A stretch of 64,000 bases of DNA from Monocercomonoides exilis PA203 (taxonomy: Eukaryota > Protista > Preaxostyla): contig LSRY02000030.1 in the NCBI GenBank assembly GCA_001643675.2, positions 558,001 through 622,000 of the forward strand, given 5' to 3'. Of the stretch, positions 27,174 to 42,111 are shown piece after piece (the stretch's first letter is position 1; the number at the start of each line of letters is the position of its first letter). The position numbers and the translations under genes were made by a program. A model generated the notes under the pieces. That model had not been told where the DNA came from. It did not search any database and saw only the letters and a list, made by a program, of their open reading frames with translations.

Positions 27174-29811
27174 AGACCTTATTTAAATATATTTTTTCAA
27201 TTAGAAAAAGTGGAACAAAATTGAAATAAGTTTGATAAAAATACGATAAAACAAATTCTTTTTCAAAATGACTCAATCAATTTCAAAACTTCAAACACTG
27301 GTTTGTCGATCATAAAGTTGATTGAACAAAAAATGGTGAAAGATCAATTGAAATTTTGCAAATAAATATTTGTCATGGAACGATTGAATTTTTAGGAGGT
27401 TCTTGAGCGTGCAGAAAAAAGAATTACGCTTCCAACGCATAAGCCAATAACTCCGGAAGAGAAAATAAATTCATTAATTGAAAAAGTATGTCAAAAAAGC
27501 GAAGATTCCATTCACGGGTTTTTCCGCTTGACAGGTTTCACAAGAACAGAATTTGATATGTTGCTTCTTCTTCTTGATTACGAATTACCTCCACATCGTG
27601 GAAAGCAAAAGGCAATTCAAAATATTGATGAACAACTTTTTATTTTACTCATTTTCCTTCATTTGGGCTCAACATCAATGACAGAACTTTTGACTTATCC
27701 ATTTTACAAATCACATAGCTCAGTTACGCAGTTATTACACAGCATCGTTGGAAACATAAAAGATACACTTGTTAATTTACTTTTGATTTTTCGTAAAGAT
27801 AGAATCAAAGAGTTGCAAGAGGTTGGTCTAATTATGGATTGCACAATTGTGCCTATAAACAGGCCAAGTGGAAAATTGGCAGATGGAATGAAATTTTTGA
27901 GTGGAAAACATTATTCTTACTGTGTTAAAGTTGAAATTGGAGTCAATCCAAAGAACGGATAAGCCAGCACAATCAACGATTTTTACCCAGGAAGCGTTCA
28001 TGACTACGAAATTTTCAAAAATCACTATCCAACCTTTTCTCAAAATCTCAAAGGTTCCAAAATCATGGCAGACTCAGCCTATATGGGAGCAAAGGCAGAA
28101 TTGGGAGCTATTATTACAAAACCACATGGAACGCCATATCTATCGAAGCACAGAGTTATTGTGGAAAGGTTTTTTGGACGATTAAAAACTTTATTTACTG
28201 TATTCAGAAGAAATTGGCCAATGGATATTAAAACAGTTGAAGATTTTTTTATTGTTTCAGTTTGTTTAACCAATTTTCACATTTTACACAATCCTTTAAC
28301 GAAATCAGATTGCGAAGCAAACGAGTTGATAATTTACGAACTTCACACTCAATTTTTTCAAAAAAAGGAAGCGAAAAAGAAAGCGAACGAGCAGTATATC
28401 GAAAGACAAAGAAAAAAACTTTCTCTTGCAAATGAGAATTCAACTTTTGAATATTCGAAGTCAATCCAAAGAATTGGTTTGTTTTTGTTTTTACACCCAT
28501 ATTGTTCTTTTGAGCATGAAAAGAACATTTTTTTCACTTTCATATTTCCATTATTTATCATTTTTAGAAGAATCAGCAGAATCAGATGACCCATACTGCG
28601 AACGATTTTCAAAGCATTCAGATCAAGAGAAAAAACAAAAACACACATTATTGGAATTAGAAGAATGAGAAGAAATAGAAATAGATGATGATTCAACTTT
28701 TGAAGAAAAAGAAAAAGAAAAAGAAAAAGAAAAAGAAAAAGAAAAAAGAAAAAAGAAAAAAGAAAAACTGTCAATTCCAATATATCTGAAAGAAATGAAG
28801 ATAAATTGAAAGAAATTGAAAGAACGAACGATGATACAAGAAGTTTCCCTTTTTCTTGGTTTCTTCCTGATCAATGGAATTCAACTCGTCTGCGGAAGTC
28901 GACTTCATCTGATCAATTTTATTCGAATTCCCCTTTGCCTCTAACAAATACACAATATTCTTCTCAACCTTTACGGAATGAATCGACAATTTCTCCTCAA
29001 CGACTGTTAAATACTCCAATTTCGTCTTTGAATTTTATTTCAACTCATCATTTATTTTCTCAACAATCAGATTCTTCAACATCTTCAGATTCAAACTTAT
29101 CTTCCCTACGGTCTTCTTCTTTCTCATCCGATGAAAGTCATAGTCAAACAAAATAACAATCACTATATTCAAATAACCACATGAAGGCCATTTTCATAAT
29201 TATCATTTGTCTTTATAAACATTCACCAATTTTCTCTCTCATTTCTCTCTTTTTAAAAAAAAAAATTTTTTTTTTAGAATTATAAGATTTTTTTCTTTTG
29301 TTTTATTTTTCAGCAAAAAATTATTAAACTTAAACTTCATTTTCATTCTTTGTTATTTCATAGCCAATTAAAATTGAAGTTGAAATGAAAATATTGAAAA
29401 ATGTTAAAATATTTTAGAAAATTCAATTTGAATCTCGTTAAAAGCTAAAATGGAACATCCAAAACATATTACAATATGCAAAGCTTGTGTGCGAAAGAGA
29501 ATGCATCAATAATAAAAAAAGTCACATTTAAGAAAAATAGACAGTAAAAACTCAAAAATTTCTAAAAATTGATCATACACATTTCTTTTTAATGATGAAC
29601 CATAATCTTTTGTTCAGTTTTCATTCAAAGTTCGTGAAAAATGCACAAAAACAAAAACTTGCGATGATTTTGTGTTGATCATAAAATTGCCCTTTTAACC
29701 AAAAAAAAGTTTAAGGGAATTCGAATTAGATCAAGCAAATTTGGATAAGTTGAAGGTGATTGAAATTGAGTTAATATATTTAAATTTATTGATTCTAACT
29801 AAAATAGGTCT
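27174..29811 (+). mobile_element. PIF/Harbinger-group (IS5-like, DDE_Tnp_4) DNA transposon with candidate termini AGACC...GGTCT and 3-bp ATT TSD
   Basis: Contains the transposase below. Left end ATT|AGACCTTATTTAAATATATT; right end read as reverse complement AGACCTATTT...ATTTAAATATATT, followed by ATT at 29812-14. The two flanks appear to be halves of one dispersed-repeat copy. Confidence 0.6.
27375..28500 (+). pseudogene. Harbinger-type DDE transposase (HARBI1-like nuclease), premature stops
   Basis: ATG 27375 is in frame with ORFs 27528-27962 and 28065-28589. Motifs LTGFTRTEF, IMDCTIVPINRP, SGKHYSYCVK, PGSVHD, ADSAY, RVIVERFFGRLKTLF. In-frame TAG at ~27393 and TAA at 27960-62. Confidence 0.88.
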
Positions 29812-30040
29812 ATTAAACTTGATCAAAAAATTCTTTTCCACAAAATAGTGAAAAAGGTTTGTTTTTTTTGCATATTAAAATAAAACAAAAACATATTACA
29901 GAAATAAAAGCTAAATAATTGTAAAAAATCAATTCAACTCTTTGATCAAAAAATACCACTATAGATTTTATTTATTCGATTATTGATCTTGTTTTACGAT
30001 GTCAAAAAAAATCACCCATATCGCAATGTGTAAGGTGAAA
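29812..30040 (-). repeat. Dispersed repeat, copy 2 (inverted relative to 8190-8415)
   Basis: Reverse complement matches 8190-8415; directly abuts the right end of the Harbinger-like element. Confidence 0.6.
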
Positions 30041-30349
30041 TCCTCAATGAAAATGAGTGTATTGGATCTGATGCAGCATATTTCAAAATGCAAATAAGAA
30101 AAAAAGGAGGAAAAGGAACACGATGAAGAAATTGAAATCGATGAAGATGTGCCTATTATTGAAGATTTTTCGGGAAAAGAAGAGAAAGAGAATGAAAATA
30201 AAAATCGGAAGATAATGATTCATATTGTATTGGTGATGCAGGCAGTACTTCGGAATATGCTTTATAATGAAAAATATGTCGATGTTTCCTTATAATTAAT
30301 TGAAAAAATATTTTCCTTATCAAAAATTGCATAGTCCCAATCAAAATTT

Positions 30350-30620
30350 TTTGAATAAATATGTGTGAATTTTTTTGAAAAATTCCTTTCGATAAGTTTT
30401 CTAATAAAATAAAAATTTCATTATTTCACCAAATTTCTGTTCCCACTCTCGAAATTTCTCTAAAATGGAAATAAAACCTAAGCAATACTATTATCACCAT
30501 CACAATGAAATTTCATGAGTGGGAACAGAAATATGATAAATATATGAAATTTAAGTTTTAATTGAAAATTTAACAAAAGGAACTTTTCAAAAAAAAAAAT
30601 AGCCATTTTTTTAAGTTTTC
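30350..30620. repeat. Imperfect inverted repeat (foldback/MITE-like hairpin)
   Basis: ATTTCTGTTCCCACTCTCGAAATTTC (~30433-30458) pairs with GAAATTTCATGAGTGGGAACAGAAAT (~30507-30532). Arms extend ~100 bp outward; spacer ~50 bp. Confidence 0.65.
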
Positions 30621-31122
30621 CTGAACATTAATGAGTTTTCGTTCATAATAAACAACATATCCATGCTTTATTTGGTATTTCCAATTCATCCATAACGAGA
30701 AATATCAAAAAATCACATGACTGAATAACACATCTACACCATGAAAGATTAAAAAATTGGATATTCTTCAGAACATAATTAAAATAATGGAAAACAATAG
30801 TTGTTAGAGAAAAAAGAAGATACAAATGAAATTTAAACTGAAACCATTGAATTATTACTTTTCGAAATAGATAATTTTCGAACAATTGTTGAAAAGATTG
30901 TTCAAAAATAAACAGAACTCCATATTTATTTGTTATCTGATTCAATATAACAGATACAGTTTTTTGATGCAAATAATTGTACTTTCATAATTAAAAATAA
31001 ACTTTCATCATTTGTGGAAAAAAGTTATAAATAACAGTGAAAGCAACTTTTTTGCTGAATCTGCGCTCATAGCCATAAAGTATTTGATTTTTTCATTCTT
31101 TCAAAAACATAAAAGACTTACA

Positions 31123-33633
31123 CAATGAGTTAAAAACCCGGGACATGGGAAAAAACCGGGACTTTTAAAAAAAAGAACTTTTTTCTTTTATTGAAACATT
31201 AGCTTGTTCAAACAAAATATTGACCAATGAAACATTTGAAGTTGGAATGTTAAAACAATTCAAAATATGCAATGTTTTTCTTCTCAACAAGTGTTGTTCG
31301 CTTGATAGAATGGTTGATTTTAATTCTTTTTTTGTTGTTGAAAATTCAAGATGAAATAAAGCTAATTGAAAGTGAAATGAAATTATCACACCGTATTTTT
31401 AACTGTTTTCGATTGGTTCATATGATTTGACTTTCAAACAACATTTATCCATTTTGCTCATTGTGATCATTCCCTTTTTTGAAATGGAAAAGAAATCGAT
31501 TTCTTCAGAAGAACTTCTTAGGATTGCAGCCACAAGAGAATACCGCACAATCCATTCCCGATCGAGAAAAATTTTTGAAATCAAGAAAACATATCCATTG
31601 ACAGTGAACGTTGCAGTCAAAGCGAAAGCAATAACAAGGCAGGCTTGGTACAGAAGCAAAACAGCTGAAAAGGAAAACAGAGATGTTGGAAAAGAAGGAA
31701 GACCATCTCTTATCTATTCTGTACAACTGGAAAAAATAAAAAATCAGGTTTTGTCTTTATTATCAGAAGAAGTTATTGTTCGAATAAAGCACATACAGGA
31801 AATGGTTTTCGTTTTTTAATATGCAATTTTTTTTTATCTTTGTTTTTTTATGAAATTAACATTTTAAAAACGGAATCAACAAATGAAGAAGAAAACGAGA
31901 AACTCCATCCGAAATTATCTTATTATTAAGTTCAAAGAAGCTCCATATTAAAGGCAGCCCTGTCGAGACCGCTTGAGATTGCAATAATCCGGTCACAGAG
32001 CCCTGAAAGTGTGACTAATTGGTTTGAAGAAATGAAAGAAATCGTAGAAGGAAACAATATCGAAGTTTCCAATATTTTTAATTTCGATGAATCTTCTGTT
32101 CAAATCGGAGAAAGTTCTGCAAAGTTGGTCATCCGTTTGAAGGACCAAATCCCTCCTTCTCCTCCTGAGCCTCGAAAATCTTCAAACGCGACTTTTTGTA
32201 TTTGCTTGTGCTCAGATGGTTCTCATCTTCCTCATATTTTTTTCTTTTTCCAAAGAAGAAAATACCAGAAGAATTTTCTCATTTTAAATTTTTTGATATT
32301 AACTATATTCCTGCACCTTCAGGATGGATAACCACTGAAATTTATAAAATCATCATGCTTCAAAATTGGATTCCTCTCATTCATCAAAAAATCCAATCGA
32401 CATCTTCGAAAAAGGCTCTCCTTCTTCTTGATAACCATACGAATCATCCATGCTCAGATGTCATTCGTGAAGCAGAAAAAAGCGGAATCTTCATTGAAAA
32501 GTTCCCTCCTAACATGATTCATATCCAACAACCATGCGATAACGTAATTTTCTCCAGATTGAAAAGAACGATAAACAATAATTACAAAGTCCCTTCGGAT
32601 GATTCATCTTCTTCTTACAGAAAAGCACTTGCTGAGGTTTTTCCAGACTCAATCCCTGAAGCAACCACTCCTTCAGTAATAAAAACAGCTTTTTTGAATA
32701 CAGGAATCTGGCCACTAGCGGCTTCTCAAGTTCTATCAAAAATTAGTGGATCACCGTCAAAATCTTCTTCTATAACTTCTTCAGATGAAGCAAAACAGGA
32801 ACTATTTGATTCTTTCGCACCGAAACGGAAAATCAAATCATCAAGAAAGAATGAAATGGATATTTAAATCGATGAAAAACATAGCATTGATGGATGGACA
32901 CAAACAGAAGATAATTTATTCAATGATGAAGATCGCCGTCCCAATTCTGATAGTTGCAATTTCACCAAAAGAATCATCAGAACAAGAAAGAAAAAAATTG
33001 ACATCGACTTTATATATAAAGATGACGAAGATCACGAAAAAGATGATAGGAAAAGTTAGCAAAAGGAAAGCGCAGAAGATACAACTCAATTTGAAAGTGA
33101 AAAATTAAAAATACAGCATGATGATAACGAATAGATGGAAACACAAACAAGTTTGTTTTATAATTCTTTTTGTTGGAAATCATATCCAATTTTTTGCCCA
33201 ACTTTTAAATTTTTAGCTTGAAATTAATTGTTTGTCTTGTATTGAATGTTTGATGCGACAATTTCTTCAATTCTTCATTTCCAGCTAACTGAATTTAGAA
33301 AAGACAACGGATGAAATTCACTGAGCATTGGATAGGAAGTAACTTAAGTTGCGTCGATAGCAACTTTCATTTTTTTTAAAATAATATCACATCAACAATT
33401 TTGACAATTAGAGAAATACCATTTCACATTAACGTCTATGAATTCGTTGAAAAAAAATACAAAAATTGTTTTATAATACAATTCTCAATTCAAAAAATCT
33501 CCAAATGTTCATTAATAACTGAATAAAACATAAAACATATCGGTCAATTGAACATATTTGAATGAAACAAAATGCAGTTGCAATATTCAAAAAGTCCGGG
33601 TTTTTTACCATTTCCAGGGTTTTTTTCTCATTG
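31123..33633 (+). mobile_element. pogo/Fot1-like (Tc1/mariner superfamily) transposon with ~44-bp TIRs
   Basis: Left CAATGAGTTAAAAACCCGGGACATGGGAAAAAACCGGGACTTT vs right (reverse complement) CAATGAGAAAAAAACCCTGGAAATGGTAAAAAACCCGGACTTT. TA follows the right end (33634-35); CA precedes the left end. Confidence 0.8.
31484..32867 (+). pseudogene. pogo-type DD35D transposase (DDE_1), frameshifted
   Basis: N-terminal HTH-like region ending GRPS, then NIFNFDESS, GWIT, LLLLDNHTNH, FPPNMIHIQQPCD (35 residues between the 2nd and 3rd Asp). Split over ORFs 31427, 32011 and 32196. Confidence 0.88.
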
Positions 33634-33920
33634 TACATCTATGTTCTTCAAAATGAAGTTTTTTTGTTTCAAATTCTAAAATTTTCTTTATTATTTAAAA
33701 TCAGTAATTTAAATTTCAAAATCACTTCAAATAAGATGAATGTTTATTCAATAACCAGAGGTTCTTTTAAAAGAAAAAAAGGAAGTTGAAAATCTAATCG
33801 AAATGAGATAGATTTGAAATTTTGATTAACTTTATATAATTGAATGCAAAGCAAAGCCGCAATTTGCAATAAAATTAATTGAAAAAGATATGTTTGCCTC
33901 CAACACATATAAATGTTATG

Positions 33921-35664
<1,744 letters not shown>

Positions 35665-35935
35665 GGCTTTAAACGTAATATTTCAAATCACAAAACAAAT
35701 AAGATATACAGTCAAGAAAAACAAAGTTCGATCTGCAAATAAAATGCTTTAGTGACAAACTTGATAAATAACACAATTATGATCTGAAAGAAAAATGTAA
35801 ATGGGACTTCCCCTTATATTTTTCATCATTATTATTGACTTTTTTCATTTAAATCTATTTGAAAAGTAAGTCGTGTTTCAGACTTATGACGTGAAAAGAG
35901 GTGTAATGAAATAAATATAAAAAAATTGTTTTTTC

Positions 35936-38900
35936 TTATTTTCTATCCTTCACCAGCAAAAATAAAGACTTATCAGAAGTGGATAAAGGTTTTTCTGTTG
36001 TAGCAGTTACGGTCGAAGGAAACTGTTCAACAGAAAATTGGGAATTTTGCTGGGCGAGCTGCGGAATAGGCCTAACTCTTCTGATCTGAGAAGGTCCTGT
36101 GGGTTTCTGGGCAAACAAGGACGGGGCGGAAGTGGGTGAAATGAAAGCAGAAGTGGAAGCAGAAGAGAAAGAGGAGAGAGAAGAAAGGGAAGAGAAAGGA
36201 GAATTAGCAGAAAATGGGCGAGAAGAGAGCGAATTTTGGCTTTGGAAGGAGGAAAAGGGCTGGTGAGGTGAAGCAGCTGGGTTGTATGAGGATTGGATGG
36301 GCTTGGGATGTGCTAGGGAGCAAGAGGAAGAAGAAGAAGAAGAAGAAGAAGAAGAAGAAGAAGAAGAAGAAGAAGAAGAAGAAGAAGAAGAAGAAGAAGA
36401 AGAATGTGATTGAGAAGAAGCTGATTTAACAGCGAATGGATAAGAATGAGTGGATGGGTATGCCATATTTGTAGAAGGAGAGAACCATCTTTGTGAGGGA
36501 GAAATAATTGGAGTGGAAGAAGAAGAAGAAAGAGAAGAAGAAGAAAGAGAGGAGGAAAAAGAAGAAGATAAATCTTGTTGAATAAGAGGAGAAGAATGAG
36601 ATTGAGATTGAGAGGAAGAAGAAGAATTCTGTGATGTTCTTCTCAGCTCAGCAGAATAACCAGAAGACGGATAATTAAACAAATTATCATCATTTTCTCT
36701 TTCTCTTTCTCTTTCCCTCTCTTTCTCTCTTTCTCTTTCTCTCTCTCTTTCTTTCTCTTCCTCCTCTTCTTCTCTTCTCATTGCCTCAATCTCCTTCACA
36801 ATTATCTCTTCCTCTTCTTCTTCTTCTCTCATCCTCTTCAATTCCATCCGTCTTTTGTACCATTTCGCTATCCTGTTTGAATAAACTCTGCATTTACACT
36901 CACAATGCTTGTAATAATATTTCATTTGATTGTACATCAACTTCGAGAAATCTATTAAATCTTTCTTTATGTCTTCTTCTTCTTCTTCTTCCTCTTCTTT
37001 CTCTTCTTTCTTCTCCTTCTCCTCTTCTCTTTTAACTTCGTTCTCTTCTCCATTTTCATCAAAGTTTGCTGAATTTTGCAAGCTTTCTTCTGCTTCTCTC
37101 AGAATTGTTGGTTCATTTCGATTCCTTTCATTCTCTTTCTTCTCTTTCTCCTTCTCCTTCTCTTTCTCTTCTTCCATCTCCTCTTCCTTTTCTCTTTCTC
37201 TTTCCTTTTCTCTTTCCTCTCCCTCCCCTTCTCCTTCTCTCTCTTCTCTCCCTTCCTCCTTCCTCTCCTCTTCTCTCCTCTTCTTCTCCCTCTTTTCCTT
37301 CCTCCTGTGCACTTTCATATACAAACTTATCCATTTCAACCCCATTCTCAATGAAAACAACCCCAAAATCGCAAAGAAAACAATGCAAAACAAGAGCGAA
37401 AAGCAGAAAGTTGTTTGAGAAGAAGCAGGAAGCAGCAAAAACTGCACGCAAACTGCAAAAAGGAAAGAAAGAATGACTTTAATCAGAGTGAAAGGAAGGA
37501 ACAAGACACCAACAAAGGAGAAAAGAGGGGAGAATGAAGAGCGAATGGAATAAGAAGGATGAGTCAGTTTTTGTTTGGCTTGGCACAAAAATGAGTATTT
37601 GTGGAGAGGAAAAGAGGAAGCGATGGTTTGGTTGTCTGATAAAAGAGAATACTGTCTTGTTGTTCTTTTGCGATGATCCATTCTGTAATTGTATGAAATC
37701 GTGTTGATTGAATCTGAATTTGAAGAAGAAGAAGAAGAAGAAAACTGCTTTTCTTGTCTTTTCTCTGTTTCTTTTGGTATTCTTTGAGGATATCTTGATA
37801 AACTATCTGGAATATACTGCGTTCGTGTTTCGTATCTTTCTTCTCCTTCTTCTCCACTTTCTCCTTCTTTTTCTTCTCCCTTTCCGCTTTTTCTTCCTTT
37901 TCTTCCTTTTCCATCTTGTCTTTTAGTAACATCAATTGCATTTTGTGTCAACATATCGTTTATTTCACTTTGTGTATCAGCCATAATTGAATGGTATGCC
38001 CCCATCACAGAATTAGATGGAGAACAAGAAATGCTTTCTTCTATCCAATTCACAAAGGAAAACGAAAATGATTGCAAATTTTGAATTTGTTCTTCTTCAG
38101 ATAATTCTGATGGTTTGACAGGAGTTGATTCAGTATTATTATTATCATTATTAAGAATTGTGTTGTTGTTATCATTTAAAGTCTCATTCATTGAAGAAAT
38201 GCCATTGGTTTTGTTTTGTTCTTCTTCAACATTATTTACATTAGCATTCTTTTTTTCTTTTTCACTTTCTTCCTCTTTCACCTCTGAAGTTGCATTCACA
38301 TTAACATTCTCAATACCAGAATTCTCAATCGTGCTATTTATTGTATTAATTATTGCCTGTTCATTGATATTTTCTTTGTTTTCATTGTTATTATGCAAGG
38401 TTTCATTTTTGTTGATTTCATTCTGAAGCTCCTTAAATATCTTCTCTTTTGACTTAACTTCAGTTTGTTTATTTGTTTGCTTTTCTTCTTCTTTTTTCTC
38501 TTCCACTTTCCCTTTCACTTCACCTTCAAAGATATTCCCTTCCTCATTCAATCTATTGTTATAATTATAATTATAATGATTATAATCATTATTATTGCTG
38601 TTGTATGTGCCAAACATCATCCTCTCTGCATTCTGATAGAACAGATCAAACGCTGTCTGTCTGTTTATTCCACATTCTTCATCGATTCTATTCAACTGAA
38701 GCAATCCCTCCACCACACTCATTTCATTCCAGTGCTTCCCATTTGATTTCGCATCAAGCTTGTAAAATGTGCTGTTTCTATTGATATTGTTATTCATAGA
38801 AGAAGAATTATAGTTTGAATTAGAAGAAGATAATGAAGAAGAAGAAGAAGAAGAAGAAGAAGACGTTTCTAATACTGTATAGCCCAATTTCCATGGCCAC

Positions 38901-41436
38901 ATTCTCTTCATCACCTTCTGCCTCAGCTCTCTTCGTGTGACAGTTGGTGTGCTGCTTGTCCAACACAAATATTCTTCTGACTGTTTTGCCAGCTCCTCTT
39001 CCATCACCTTCATCAAAAGAGGTGTTGAAATCTTCTCTTTCTCTCTTCCTTTCAAATTTGAATGGTTTATTCCTCTTGTTGTGGCTGTGTCGACAAGCTG
39101 GATGGGGTTTGGCTGCTGACGAGGAATGCATTTCAGTCTTCTTGTTTGTGAATACAAATCTATTGCTCTGTTTGATTCTTCTCTTTCTCTTTCTTCTCTA
39201 TCTCCTTTTCCATTGTAATTGTTGTTGTTATTATTATCTCCATCTTCTTTCTTCAAATGAGCAAATTTTGAATCCAATTTATTCTCTTTCCCATTTTCCA
39301 TCAAAGAAGACTGCTTGAGCTGCCCAAATGAGAAGAAAGAAGCCAAAAATGAGTCTGGAAGTTTAACTCGTCTGTATTCTCTATCACACACTGCAGTTAC
39401 AATTGGCTGTGAAGTAGTAGTAGTAGTAGAAGAAGAAGATGAAGAATGAGAAAGAGAAGGATCAACGGCGATGCAATCAGCATGGCGAGGGCAAGGAATA
39501 CAAGAAGACAGAGAAGCAGAAATGATCGAGGAAGAAAGAGCAGATTGAATAGACAATGAATTATTAGCTGATAAAAGCAGATAATGTGGTTCAGAAGATA
39601 AACGAGAAAGAACAGAATGTGGAAGATGGAGAGGGCGATGGAGGGAATTTATCGGGGTGGGGCAATAAGGTTTTGTGTATGTGTCCTTCCAGTTGTTGAA
39701 AGTTGTCACAAGAAACAGTCGTTTGAAGACGGATTTGAGGAAATTGAAAGAAGGTTGGATGAAACGAGAGTAGAAATGGATTGAGCTGATGGAGGAAATG
39801 ATGGAAGAAATGAATGAAGAAGAAGATGGAGGCATTTGTTGATTAGGAACAGAAGAAGAAGAAGAAGAAGAAGAAGATGTTGATGATGAAGATGTCAAAT
39901 ATATTGCAACTCCTGCAGTTACAAGCAACGCAAATCCGACTGCAAACAAAGCAAGTCTTCGTTTTGGTGAGTCAAATCTGTTTTTGATTGAAGAAACATA
40001 ATTTTTGGTTTTGGTACACGTTCTTTTTGTGAATTGTTTCGCTTTTTGAAACAGAGGAAGATTGAAAAATGATCGAAAACTGCGCAAAATTGAACTTAAA
40101 GCAGAAATGTGGAAGTCTGAGAAGTTGAACAAGACTTCATTCAAATTGGGTGAAGAGTATGGATCTGGTTCAGGCGAGTCAGAATATTTGCGAAGATTCT
40201 GGTTGATATATGTGTCTGTCTGTGTGACAGAGAAGGGGAGATTATCAGAAGAAGAAGAAGAAGAAGAAGAAGAAGAATTAGATGAATCTGTCTTGTTTTG
40301 TTTTGAAGATCTTCTTTGCCTAGTTGATTGCTCTTCCTTTCCTTCTTCTCCTTCTTCTTCTCTTTCGTTTGATTCTCTTTCTATTTTCGCTCCCTTTCCA
40401 GACCTTCTTCTTGTCAAAGGTGTTTCATAACTATCCTCTTTTTGCATGTTCTCTTTCTCTTCTTCTTTTTCCTTTTCTGATTCTGAATCGTGCTCCGTTT
40501 CTGGTTCTTCTTTTTCTTCGTCTTTCTTCGTCTTCCTTCGAGTCTGTCTTTTCTGAGGTGATTTTGGTGGAAGCGGAGGCTTTTTGCTTGTTCTTTTCCT
40601 CTTAAGCTCAGCGTGTTCTTGTTCTTCATTCTCTTCGCTTTCTTCTCTTTCTTCCTTCTTTGTGCCAGTATGTCGTGTTGACATTCTCGTAGGTGATGGA
40701 GGTGTAGTTATTCTTTTTGATTTTGACCTTGTTGATGCTCTTGCAGTTTTTGAAGGCGTTTTTGTAGTTTCCTTCTCATCTGCTTCTGGGGACACAGACG
40801 ACCTCAAATTATATCTTGATTTGTGGGGGGTCACTTCAAGGGGAAGAGGCGGAGTTGCAGTTCCAATATTTGCTAATTCCGAATCCAATGTTTCATTTGA
40901 ATCTGGAAGAAGTGGAGAAGTTGGATTTAGTTTTTTGTACTGATTTATAAGCCGAGGGAGGTTATCAATCGCATACAATGTGGAAGGTGTTGGGGGATTG
41001 AGAATATTTCCATTGTCAATTCTTGAAGAAGCTGGGGTGCGAGTTGGAGGAAGAAACTGTGAAGAAGGCAACAATGAATTAGTTGAGGATGAACTAGATG
41101 AAGAACGAGATCTACGTTCCGAAACTATCTCACCTGCATCTGTTCCATTATCAGAAGAAATATGACGATTTGTAACATCATCTTGAAAATTCGTTGTAGC
41201 ATCATCTAAATCTATATTTTCCTTTTTCTTTCGAAGGGGAAATAGATTTTTTAATTTACCAAAAGCAGCTGAGAACTTTGATTTTGGTTTTTGCGACGAG
41301 TCAATCTCATTAATGTTCTCCGTAATTTCAGCCTAAATTAAAAATTTACATTTTTTATTTCCAATTCATTTTAAAATATAAATTAAGTTCATTGAATACA
41401 GTTCATCAAATTAATACAAACCTCCTCAGAAGACAT
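35936..41436 (-). CDS. Man1/Src1 (LEM2/Heh1-type) MSC-domain inner nuclear membrane protein, ~1800 aa with low-complexity insertions
   Basis: ATG 41436 (MSSEE), intron 41421-41333, then one exon in frame with the 1712-aa ORF. Architecture: charged/basic N-terminus, TM (LALFAVGFALLVTAGVAIYL), luminal Cys pattern PYCP...CIPCPRHADC...VCDREY...KCIP...EYLC...FLCQAK, second hydrophobic TM region. Confidence 0.65.
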
Positions 41437-41721
41437 TAAAATTACGTTTCTTTCAAATGATTGATCAGATAAAAAGCAAAACAGGAATATTATACAATGA
41501 AATCAAATTTTTATGGGTAAGAATGAAATTAAAAAAAGAAAAAGTATCTTACAACATCGTTTGGTGTAAAACTAACTTTTTACAAATTATTTTTATAACA
41601 AAGAAAATCTGTCATCAGCCTGATTTGGCACGATCATATGTCAGATTTTCAACGAATTTATATGTTGGATTTTTTTTATTTTTTTTAAGAATAGAAGTAA
41701 TATATCATCTATTTTTTTTTT

Positions 41722-42079
41722 TCATTTTTCCTCAAATTTCATTGATTCTGAAGATAACACATCCTCCGAATCATCAGAGCCCTTCAAAGAATTCTGCGAA
41801 AGCGGAGCCGGGGGAATAAAAGACGTCTGTTTTGCATCTTCCCCAAAGTGAATTCTGGGTGTGTTCATAACAGCATTCGAAGCAAGGGTTGAAGTTGCCT
41901 TTCGAATGGCACTTGAATAAATTCCATCTGATTGTTTGTTTTCTGATGAAGAAAGAGAAGAAATGTTTGATTGAAGCAAAGATGATTGCCTGGGCTTCTT
42001 CATACTGCCACCAAAGAGAACAAGCCCTCCTCCTCCTCCGCCTCCAAAAGTGTTCGAATGACTTCTTCTTCTGAATAGA

Positions 42080-42111
<32 letters not shown>

